Shown in pieces: positions 38,026-48,875 of a DNA stretch of 64,000 nucleotides; positions within the stretch are counted from its first letter, which is position 1; each line of letters begins with the position of its first letter. The notes under the pieces are model-generated. The model was not told the origin of the DNA. It saw only the letters and a program-made list of their open reading frames with translations, and searched no databases. A program made the translations under genes and the position numbers. This DNA comes from Hypanus sabinus (taxonomy: Eukaryota): positions 27,280,001 to 27,344,000 of the forward strand of contig NC_082722.1 of assembly GCF_030144855.1 (NCBI RefSeq). Reading direction: 5' to 3'.

Positions 38026-39291
38026 CTTGAAAAATAAACCAGGAAGCATTATACATCTAAAAACAAATCCACACATGGGAAGCAACACGGCAAACTATTA
38101 TATAGGGTCCTTTCAAATCTCACTACACACTGATAGGAAAATAACAGAACATACAGTAAAGAACAAAGAAATCTGGTTTTTAGTTTCTCCAGACACATGC
38201 GAGCTATTTACTATGATTAAGAATAGGCTCGGCTGCGTTTTCCTATACTTCTCTTGACAATAGATATCAGCATAACAATTGAACGTGTAATCAGCCAACC
38301 TAATACAGTTCGGATCTCAATTCAATCTTTTAATTCACGTCTGTCAAGGACATTCTTTAGTACGATCAAAACCATATAGATAACTTGCAGATACGCCAAA
38401 GGAGACCCGGTGACTCAAAATTTCGCTTCTGCATTGCATGCTGAAATTACCCGCTAACTTCATGAGTTTATAACACTGCACCCTCTAAGCCTCCTGAATG
38501 TATATCAAGCATATTAAACGTATTTCCCACTGCAATGTTTTCCTCAGCTTTACGAGTGACAACCCCGAATTAATGGAAAACTTCATAATGAAAACATCGA
38601 TAAACACGAATCATCCATTTGAACTGCGTTGCCCACTATTATTGGAAAGTAATTCAGTCAGAGTCTGAATTATGTCAAAGTCTGTTCACAGTTTCACACC
38701 CTATGCATTCGTTCCAGGTGACAATTAAGTGTCATGCCACAGTGTTCAGGAATTCCGACCTTGATTCTGATTTTGCCCCATGTCCACATTTTCCTGTAAA
38801 ACTATATTGCTTTAATACACCTTCATTCACAAGCCGATGGTTTCCCCCTTTGTTATATCACTATGCTATTTAGAGCTTAAGTTTTGCTTTGTCTAATGTT
38901 TGATAAATGTCCGGATGTTTGTTACCTTACACGTACGACACAAAATCAATTTCTTAATTCAACCGACACGATTTAAAATGAGGGTATAAGACATTTGTTT
39001 TCAAGCACCATTCAGAGTGAATGTTCACTGCAATCAGGTAATCTGAAAAATTCGCCCTTCTTCCCTGTTTGGCTAGCGGATCTGTGATTGTACTTAACCA
39101 GATTTGATCGGCACACCGAGATCATTTGGAAATGATTCCATCTTGCCCGGAGTGCTAGAAATTCTGAACATGTTGAATATTCACAGTAACATACAAAATG
39201 CTAAATGTATGCAGCAGATCAGGAGAGCAATAAAGTAATGACATTTCAGTCCGAGAACTTACATCAGGACGCAATCAAGACACCATCTTAC

Positions 39292-39585
39292 CTTGCTCCA
39301 GGATATAGCTGAAAATGACAGGCACCGTGAGGGAGACATGCGACAACAGGCAGATGTAAACATCTTTTCCCGAAGCAGATTGATTAACTTGCAATGAACT
39401 GTAAGCCTTGTATAAACCCTCCGCGGTCTGGTTTATCACTGTTTCTATTCCAAAGCGAATTTGCCGGTTATTTTTTTGCCAGACGATTTCTAATTCTTTC
39501 GGGTAGAAGGCAGCTGTTTTACAGAGGAGCTGCCGAAGAGACGAAAACTCTCCAGTCGGAACGACTTCCAGTGGAGTTGGGGGAA
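39292..39585 (-). CDS. Exon: Ig C1-set domain of the same gene
   Basis: Acceptor atctttttattcaag and donor G|gtaaga; 294 nt, phase 1-1. PPTPLEVV..LLCKTAAFYPKELEIVW..GLYKAYSSLQV..YICLLSHVSL carries the C1 hallmarks (C-x4-FYP-x5-W, GxY-x3-SxL, YxCxxxH). Confidence 0.93.
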
Positions 39586-41169
39586 CTTGAATAAAAAGAT
39601 AGTTATATTGGGTGTTTAACATTTATTTAGTTAAAGTAAATTCCTTTATCTTCCCGCCAATTACGATGCAATCTCACTATCAAATTAGTTACCCGCCATA
39701 GGCTACCAGAGTTTTATAGCCTATTTTAAGTTTAAGTTCAAGTTCATAGTTATTAAACCAGACAGATGTAAATGGCTCAATGTAGCATCCTTCTTCTGGG
39801 GACAACTGCAAAGCACAGACCGTGTATTCACACACAACACGTGCAGTCAACATCCAGCACACATAGTGCAAAATCAACAAAGTAAAAACGAGTCACTGTG
39901 CAGAAACAGATGAAAGGATGAATTCGAAGAAGTCACCGAGAAGGTGAATCAAAGGGTTACAATGTGCGGAAGACATCACGTTTTGAATAGTCCTTCAGCT
40001 TTATAACCCACGACCGTATTTGCGGCAGCACTTTTGCTTTGGAAAGTGTTCCTTTCTTTGTTTTTTTCATTATCAATCAAAACTGAACTACAAAACCGAA
40101 AATATGACAGATTTCCACAGACGGAACGCAATAAGATCTTGTAGATGTTTTTAAAATTCTGGCAACTAATTTTTTCAGGTAGTTTTTCAGAGCTTGGGTT
40201 GGAGCTTTCCAGTCATCAACATTCACTGATAGAGCTTTCCTCGGAATGTAAATCATTGCTAGGAAAGTTTTTCCGTATTTAATGTGCTGAATGTGGCAAA
40301 TCGTAACCTCCGTGAAACATCTAGAAACGCAAATGCAAAGCTGATGTTAAGCGCAATTATTCTACGTTTCAATTATTTCGTAAACCTGTCTGCCTGCAGC
40401 AAAATGGTGCGACAGTGACATGTCACTGCTATACGACCATTGATGCCCTGCAGAGAGGCTACCCAGGAGCTGAACGAACTCCGCTTCGCCCGGCAGCGAT
40501 TTCACTCAAAGGTGAGCACAAAATTCACGATTTTGCAAACATGGACTGCTTCCGCTACGACTATGGTCCGTATCTAACTTCAAAAGCTCTATTGTCAGTT
40601 TGTTTTATCAATGTGTCACAAGATTTAGCATTTCGCTCTGCCTACAATGGTCATCTTGAGCTCACGGTTGCCCGCACAGCACTGCCATGGACCATACACG
40701 GATTACAGATGTTTACGTGCTTGTTGCTGTAAGGCAAATTGATTTATATAAATCCCCAGGGCCCGAGATGGAGTCCAATGCCACCTTTTTGGGAGGCTTG
40801 TGCAGAATTTTAAGGTGTCCTGATAGAGGCATTCAAAATGTCCTGACCCACTGGTGAGGTGCCAGAGGACTGGATATGACTAATGTTTTGTAGTTGTTCA
40901 AGGAAGGCTCTAAGAAGACTCCGGAATATTTTAGGGTGGAAAGCATGACGCTTGGCCAGGGTAATATATTGGAAATAAACATGAAAAAAACAAACGTGTT
41001 GGTGACAGATGGGGAAAGCACTACTGTTTGGAATGAACGTAGCAGATTTAGCGCGTTCTAGATGTGACTTTATTTCTTCTGCAAACTGGCCATTTTTGTC
41101 CCGACCTCTGCCCTTCTTGGTCAATTTTGTATTCACGCAAAATGAGAGTCAGTAAAATCTGCATAACTA

Positions 41170-41258
41170 CACACACAAAATGCTGGTGGAACACAGCAGG
41201 TCAGGTAGCATCTATAGGGAGAAGAGCGGTCGACGTTTTGAGCCGAGACCCTTCGTCA
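41170..41258 (-). mobile_element. 89-bp Penelope-derived mini-insertion with 9-bp TSD
   Basis: gcataacta is duplicated at 41161-41169 and 41259-41267; the insert is a hammerhead-like core plus ..gatgctacctgacctgctgtgttccaccagcattttgtgtgtg. Confidence 0.85.
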
Positions 41259-41639
41259 GCATAACTATGCTGGTTTCAATGGGGTTAGTATTGTGGAGCA
41301 GCACACGGATCAAGCTGTGTTTATCTGTGCAGGTTTTACTCAAACGTCCCGTAATTGACATTAGTGAAGTGGCTTTGTTTGCCTTTGCCGATGTTTATTG
41401 ATTGCTTATAAATATTTATATCTGTGCACTTCACCAACTATAGGACTGAAATCGGCGACATACGTCGAGATGTGGTAGTATAAAAGAAGGCTGAGGGACG
41501 AGCGGGTATCATTTAACCTCGACAACGTTTCGCTCCAAGTTAGATGACTTGTGATTTGTCCTTCAACCGAATTTGTCTACAGCTCCCTATCTCTCATTAT
41601 CTAACCCGAATCAAATTCGTCCTCTAAAAATTAGGTGGA

Positions 41640-43110
41640 TCCGTACATCGGCTTTTATAAGCTTTTGATTGTTTTAAGTTGTTGGACAGCAAATGTCACG
41701 CCACTTTTTAAAAAAGGGTGTAGGAAAAAGACCGGCATATATAGGAAAGCTAGCTCAACATCTGTAGTCGGGAAAATGCTTGAAGCTGTCACTAAAGGAG
41801 AAACAGCGAAACATTTAAAAAGGAATGGTTCCATTAGATAGGCGCGACATGGATTCAGAAAGGGCAGGTCCTATTTGAGAAGCTTACTGGAGTTCCTTGA
41901 GGACATAATGAATGCAGTGGATGGAGGGGAACAGGTGGGTGCCACATGCCTGGATTTCCAGAAGGCGTTCAATAAGGTGCCACATAAGAGAATTATAAAT
42001 TAGATATGAAAGCATGAAGTCGGAAGAAGTACATAGGCATGGATAGTGGAATGATTATCCAAAAAAAGGCAGAGTGTTGGTAAGAATGGGCGTTTCTCCG
42101 TTTGGCTGTCAGTGGTGAGTGGGGTGCCGCAGGGGTCGGTGTGTGGCCCGCAGTTGTTTACCATTGGGATTGATGATTTGGAAGAGGGAACTGAGCGTAG
42201 CGTAACAATTTTTGCTGTTGACAGTAAACTGAATGTAAAATAAAATTGTATAGAGGATGTGGACGGTCTGCAGAGGGATATAGATAAAGTGAGTGGGACA
42301 AAGTCTGGCAGATGGAATATAATGTTGGTAAATGACAGATCATCCACTTTCTAAGGAAAGTTGAAGAGCAGAATATTCTTTAAATGGTGAAAGATTGCAG
42401 CATGATGTTGTGCAGAGGGACTTCGCAGTGCATGTGCTTGGTTTGTAGGTGCAGAAGGTTATTAACAGGCGAATAGAACCTTGGCTTTCATTGTCGGAGG
42501 GATTGATCTCAAGAGCTGGGTGGTCATGATGCAACCGTGCAGGGTTCTGGTGTCTGCTCCTGGAGTACTGTGTGCATTTCTGGTCACCGTACTTGAAGAA
42601 GGATATATTGTCTTTGGATGCAGCGCACAGGAGGATCACCAGGTTGATTCCAGAGATAATGAGGAGAGATTGAGTCGTCTGAAACTATACTCTCTTGAAT
42701 TCAAAAGAATGAGAGGAGATCTTATACAAACATACAAAATTTTGAAAGGGATAGATAAGATAGAAATAGGAAAGTTGTTTTCATTGGTAAGTGAGGCTAG
42801 AACCGGGGACATAGCCTCAAGTTTCAGGAGAAAAGATTTAGGACGGAATTGAGGAGAAACTGTTTTTCACAGAGAGCAGTGGATCTGTGGAATTCTCTGC
42901 CCAGGGAAGCTGTTGAGGTTACTTCACGAAATATATTTAAGACGCAATTAGATAGATTTTCACATAGTAGGGGAATTAACGGTTATTGGGAAAAGGCTGT
43001 TAGATGGAGCTGAGTTTATGGACAGAACAACCATGATGTTACTGAATGGCTGGTCAGGCTCAATGGGCCGGATGGCCTACTCCTGCTCTATTTTCTTATG
43101 TTCTGATGGG
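41640..43110 (+). mobile_element. Decayed CR1 3' part in the V-C1 intron, antisense to the gene
   Basis: LFKKGCRKKTGIYR and EERLSRLKLYSLEFKRMRGDLIQTYKI; ends cctactcctgctctattttcttatgttc. Confidence 0.88.
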
Positions 43111-43420
43111 CTGCCTGAGGAATATGTCGAAGCAAAAAGAGGGCGAGGAATTGTGTAGGAATATAGGCATAACAAACATATGGTTGGAAATATCAATGGA
43201 ACAAATAATAAGTGGAGCAAAAGCCAATCTGCAGAATCACCTCGAAATAATAAACAAAATAATCAGAAAAATATTTCGAAATGATATTTTCCTTTTGAAG
43301 AAAAGCTGGAAAGCAAATTAATGCCACAAATTTCAAATAGCAATAACATTTCTGCAATCTTGGCTTTTTTCAAATGCAAAGAGCTGAAAGTTTTCCACTT
43401 ACAAGAATAAAGACACTTAC

Positions 43421-43768
43421 TTAGCACAATAAGCTGAGAGCCACTTCCTTTTCCCAATATTTGTTGTTCAGTTTTCACTTGGCAGTAATACACGCCTGCG
43501 TCTGCGTGTGTCACATTCAGGAGGGTAAATGTGCCGCTGCCTTTCATTACACTGAACTGATTTCTGCTATCTGGTTTTATAAATGCTTTCTGACCCTCCT
43601 TCCACCACGAAACTTCAGCAGTATCTAGTTGTATTGGAAATTTGCAGCGCATGGATTCATTTCCACCGATTGAGACTTTTAACGTTGGAGGGAATTGTTC
43701 CACTTTGGGCAACGTTCCTTTTGTGGCTGCCAAAGCACAAGTGAAAATGATGGAAACAGTTGCATTCA
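43421..43768 (-). CDS. Exon: signal peptide plus VJ-type Ig V domain of a VJ-C1-TM receptor gene
   Basis: Acceptor ttcttcctattttgtctgttgattcgttgtccag and donor A|gtaagt; 348 nt, phase 1-1. Translation xNATVSIIFTCALAATKG-TLPKVEQFPPTLKVSIGGNESMRCKF..VSWW..FTLLNVTHADAGVYYCQVKTEQQILGKGSGSQLIVL shows B-strand Cys, C-strand Trp, DxGxYYC and a J-like GxGxGSxLxV. An alternative acceptor (ttggcag) would start the exon at 43726. Confidence 0.92.
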
Positions 43769-44084
43769 CTGGACAACGAATCAACAGACAAAATAGGAAG
43801 AACACCGATAAGCGAATGGAATGTTAAATGCTGTATAATATTGTAAAATATCTGTTTCTTAGATTGGGTACAAAAATGTAAGCATACCTGGCCAAAAGGC
43901 GGCGAGCAGAGCCACGAGCCAAAGGGTTGCATCCAGCGACATTGCAAATGAGAGCGTTCTGTCTGAAAGATAGAAATTCATAGGATGAAATAATCAAATG
44001 CACATTACATATGAAGTCAATGGTCAAGGCTTCGTCGATGCCTTGGGCAGAAGGAATACTTACAACGAGAGAGCAGCGCTCAGC

Positions 44085-44480
44085 ATGAATGATGAAAAAC
44101 AAACAGTTGATGTTTCGGGGTGAGATACTTCTTCAGGACTGGAAAGGAAGGGGGAAGAAGTCACAATAAGGAGACAGGGGAGGGACAGGCGTATAAATCG
44201 GCAGGTGATTAGTGGGGGGAGTACGACTTACAGAGATGGCACTTGATAGGTGCTATTATATTCCATCTCGATAGCCTCCAACCTGCTGATATGAAAATAG
44301 AATTTTCTAACTTTTAGTAATTTCTCCGCTACACCATTCATCGTTTTCTATTTTCCATTCTGGGTCCCATTTTATCCCTTCTCCTCTCCTCACCTCGCTT
44401 ATCTGCTGCTCCTCGTTCACTGTTTCCAATGGCCCAATGCCCTCTCCAGTCAGATTCCTTCTCATTCAGTCCTTTACTGA
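44085..44480. mobile_element. Two Penelope-like fragments in inverted arrangement
   Basis: Minus copy about 44085-44220 with hammerhead-like motif; plus copy about 44255-44475 starting gcctccaacctgctgatatgaaaatagaattttctaac. Confidence 0.65.
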
Positions 44481-45479
44481 TTGAAGTTAATAACTCATCG
44501 GGTTGATTGGTAAGTTCCAGGTCTAAGGTAGAAGGATATGAGTTATTAACTTCAGCCTTTCAGCATGATCCCTCAAACAGTCGACCTGCATGTGCATGTA
44601 ACGAGAGATATGTAATTCATCTCCTCCTACCTTAGGCCACGAACTTATTAATCACACTTCTGTGGAGACTTTCTGGATGCCCAAGATCCGTATGCTCCAC
44701 GACCGCTGAACTAGGTTTTAAAATTTAGGAGGGGACTATGTTGAAAAATAAATGTGCTCGGTTTTCTAAAATTGACTCTTTTTACCTTAAGTCACGAACT
44801 TATCAATCACTCCTCAGACAGCACAGGAAAATGTCTTTCGACCAATGATGTCTGCATTGATCATAATGCAAATTTAATTCTATCTGATCGGATATGGTCT
44901 GCATTGCTCTTTTTTTGCCTGTACGTGGGCATGTTTGAATGTCTTTTAACCGTTGTGATCAAATCAACACTGTTTTGTAGCACTGTCAAGTCGCCGACAA
45001 CTCTCTGCGTAATGTAAGTGCTTCGCATTCTCATTTAAATTTTCCTCACTTAGTTCAAGGCATTGCCCTCTGCTAACTGCGGCTAAAAATGCATGAGTGG
45101 TATCGGTAAAGAGAACGGCAAGGCCAACAGGATTAGAGAATCCCGGTTCACGAAGACATCATTTATAGGGAACGGGGTCAAGCAATTCCCGACAGAAATA
45201 TTAGATGTACTTCAGTAGACCCGACGGGAATCATGAGAGCACAAAGGTAACATGATATAACTTCTGAATAGAAAACAAAAGGAAATGAGGAAATAGCGAG
45301 CGAGAAATCGCGATGACAATGCTGTAAGTTATTGTTTCCCATCAGTGTGGTAAAAATCATGGAAACTAAGGGATTAAAGAGATTTAATGTTATTTTTTAA
45401 CAGACACACATGAGAAAAATGGAGAGGTCGCGGGAGCGAGGTGTTCACGGTTTAAGAACTCAGACCGTTTGATGAACTT

Positions 45480-46900
45480 ACGGCACCTGATCAACTGTAT
45501 CTTTTGACATTATGAGAAGCCAGAGGAGAAATTGTAAGGTCTGTTGCAAGGATATCAGCATTGTCATTAACGGAAGTTGTGTTCTAATAGCATTGCAGAG
45601 TGGCAAATGCGCATTTACTGAAGAAGATCTGCAAAGGAAAGTGGAGAGATGAAGGTGGTGAGCCCAGCATTGGTGCGTGGAAACATACTAGAGTTAATCG
45701 GAGGGAGAGAATCTATCACAATTTGAAATGGGAAAGGTTGAAAAAGTGCCAGTCAGCCTGGATTTGTCATTTGGGATCACAAATTTGATAGAGTTGCTTT
45801 GATGAAGTGATGAAGAAAACTGCGGAGTGCAGCAATTGGACTATAACTCCATTAACTTTTGCAAGGTCCCGTTTGGCAGACTTGCTCAGAAACTCGATGA
45901 CATGGGAACCAGTGTGAGACAGCGACCTGAGCACATGAATACAATATTGGTTCAGCAGAGGGAGTCAAACGGTGAAAGTGTGAATTTGATATCAAGAATG
46001 ACCGCCTGCAGCTAGTGGTGTACTGAACAGGCAGGTTCCATTCCTAGTGCTGTTTGTTATCTATGAAATATTCTGATTAACTTCGTTGATATATTTCGGA
46101 ATGCAACGAAATTGGTGGTATATTAGACAGTGAAAGACATCTACGGCGATAAACTTCGATAGCAGGACAAGCAATTTCAGATAGAATATTCCTCGGACCT
46201 TTGCGAAGTGTTGTATTTTGGTTTGTTAAACCGGGGCAGTAATTGCACAGGAGATTGCCCACAGCATTGAAATAAAACGAAGTGACAGAGTGTACCTGTA
46301 GATTGATCGTTGAACGTGACAATTGAGGTGGGCAGACAGGTGTAGAAGGTGATTCTCACATTTATTCACAATTGTAGCATCTGTACCGTCATGTCCAGCT
46401 GTACAGGTTGTCGGTGAAGCATATTCAGAATATACTATGGATTTCCGACAGCCGGCTACAGAAAAGGCCCGAAGAAGCTTGAAATAGACCAGAAAAGTCC
46501 AGAAAATATTCACAAATACATTTGCAGGACAGCATGTTTTTAGCTGTAAGGAATGTCTGGGGTTACTCTTCTGAGGTTGAGTGGTGACCTTATATATTTA
46601 GGGGCGTAAGCAGAGGTGTGGTTACATTCTTTTACCCAAAATAGCTGAATTAATAATGAAAATGCATCGATTCATGATGAGAGAGAGAACACTTAAATTG
46701 ATCTAAGGCAAGTTTTCCAAAGCAAGGGAGCTTGGTAACAGGAAGAGAATACGTGAAGAATCTATAGAAGTGGGTACGATTGCAATGTGTTAGAAACATT
46801 TGGATTGGTACACATATAGAAAAGGTTTACTGTGGTAAGATACAAACGCAAGAGAACGGGTCTAGCTGGGATAGGTTTCTCGATCTACATGGGCGAAATG
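45480..46900 (+). mobile_element. Very old CR1 RT to 3' remnant
   Basis: Collinear traces of RT motifs (caaggtcccgtttggcagact, ttcctagtgctgtttgttatcta, aaattggtggtatattagacag). Confidence 0.6.
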
Positions 46901-48112
46901 GGCCGAAGTCCTGGTACAATGACATATGAAGCCAAGAATCCATCTACATAGTGGTGGGGTCTGTTCCTTGGAATGCCGTGGATAGTAGGAAGTTGTGAGA
47001 ATGCTATAGGGTTATTGTTTGATTTACGTAATTGGTGCTTGATAGTAGGCATGGACGTAGTCGTGCGACGTTGTGCATGTATCACTTATCCCGTAAGCCA
47101 GAAAACTATTCTCCAATTGTGGCCTCACGTTAATGTCAAGTGAAGAAACAAGGACTGGAACCAACTGTCCCACTCAGATGAAATTAATTTATAGGAAAAA
47201 TATACTCATCTGACTTTTGGTGCTGAGAGCAATATTGGCCTTACAAATATTGGCCAGATTGTATGTAAATTATCAAAAACCTGTTAATTGAAATTTATTC
47301 ACTGCTAAAGCGGTGTTTAATCTGTTTGAAAGTACTGATAACTAAGAAAAACTTTTCTTTAGAGTTTTAAGATTTTCAAATCTTTAACTTTTGTTTTGTC
47401 TTGGAAGATTTGAGAAGTTTTAAAACTTACCAAAAAAAAATCAGATGGTTAAAACGTTTTCGGTAGGACAGCCCCAGTTAACCCGAAGGCTATTGCACTA
47501 ATTTTCTCAAGAGATGTGTTGGAGTATTCGAGAAACTCCATGAATTGTGCAATATCTGCCTATTACCACGTGCATGACGTTATCACTTTTCCCCAGGCAT
47601 CAGGAGTGTTTTCATAGTTAAAAAGTGCTTACAACATCTCTCAAAGACTGCAAATTCCACTGTACTTATACTATAACGTGAAATGTGCTTGTTAGAGTAG
47701 GGAGAATCAAAGAATGGAAACAGAATCACTCCCCTAACTTGCAACCATTCATCGGGTGATCGATCAGAAATCTTATATCTGTTTCGCTCTCCGCTGACGT
47801 TCCATGTTTCCTTTACTTTTGTGGATCGGTTTTTGCTGCTGTTGTCTAGACGTTACTGTGCTATCTAAACTGATATCCATCCCTATGGTCTTGTGTTACT
47901 TCATTTATGTTTTTGAAAACATAGTGAGAAGATTAGGTCCAAGACAAAATGGACTTCAGCATTCTGTGTGCTCCTTCTTCCCTTCTCTCAGCGGCAGCTA
48001 TCGAAGCAATTCTCGATCAGGCACAGCACGTTACCTTTAGCTCCCACTGTTCCCAATTTCCGATAATGTCGAATATTTTCTCAAAGGACTGATAAAAGAA
48101 GATTCATATCAG

Positions 48113-48875
48113 TCACACAAGAGATTCTACAGATACTGGAATCTAGAGCAATGCACACAAAATAAACTCAGCAGACCAGGCAGCATCTGTGGAAATGAAT
48201 GAACAGTCAAAGTTTCGTTCTGAATCCCTTCATTCGGACTGGAAAGGAGGGCGGAATATGCTAGAATAAAAAGACGGTGAGATGGAGGACAAATTAGAAG
48301 GTGATAGGTGAAGTTAGGTTAAGGGGGCTTTGTGGGGAGTGAGGAAGAGGATAATGTACGTTTGGGCGGTGGGATAAAGTAAGACATTGAGAGGTAAGAG
48401 ATTGAAAATGCAAAGAGCTGGAGAATAAGGAATCTGATAGGGGAGGGGATTAGACTACGGGAGAAAGGGAAGGAAGTGGGACAGAAGTGGCGGTTATAGG
48501 CAGCAGAGCAGAGAGGATAAGAGGACAGAGGTGAGAACAGAAGAGAGAAATGGGAGGGAAAATTACATGAAGGAGAAGCCGATGTTCATGTCGGCAGGTT
48601 GCAAGCTACTTAGACTGCATCCGAGGTGTTGCTCTCCCACCGTGTGGTAGCCTCGTGAAGGCGTAAGAAGAGAACATGAAGCGAAATGTAGGAACGTCAA
48701 TGGATAGGAATAAAAAATAATTGGCCACATCCGCATTTTGGGATGGACTGGAGGTGCTCTAAAAAATAGTCCCCAGTTTATGCCAGGTCTCACCAGTGTA
48801 GCGGATGCCGCATCGGTAGCTCTCGCTGCAGTAGAAGATGCTACCCGATTTGCAGGTGGAGTGTTAACTCAGTGG
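48113..48875 (-). mobile_element. Penelope-like 3' fragment
   Basis: cacacaagagattctacagatactgg terminus, degenerate hammerhead-like motif at 48204-48241 and GIY-YIG-end remnants. Confidence 0.75.

Noticed and set aside
38214-38340. Minus-strand hydrophobic frame IRTVLGWLITRSIVMLISIVKRS as a TM exon
   Set aside because: Preceded by an in-frame stop and its best acceptor is out of phase; the 37921-38025 exon is a much better TM with matching phase.
40411-40430. RSS-like heptamers (gacagtg/cactg)
   Set aside because: Not canonical CACAGTG, no nonamer at 12 or 23 bp, and far from the V-J junction.
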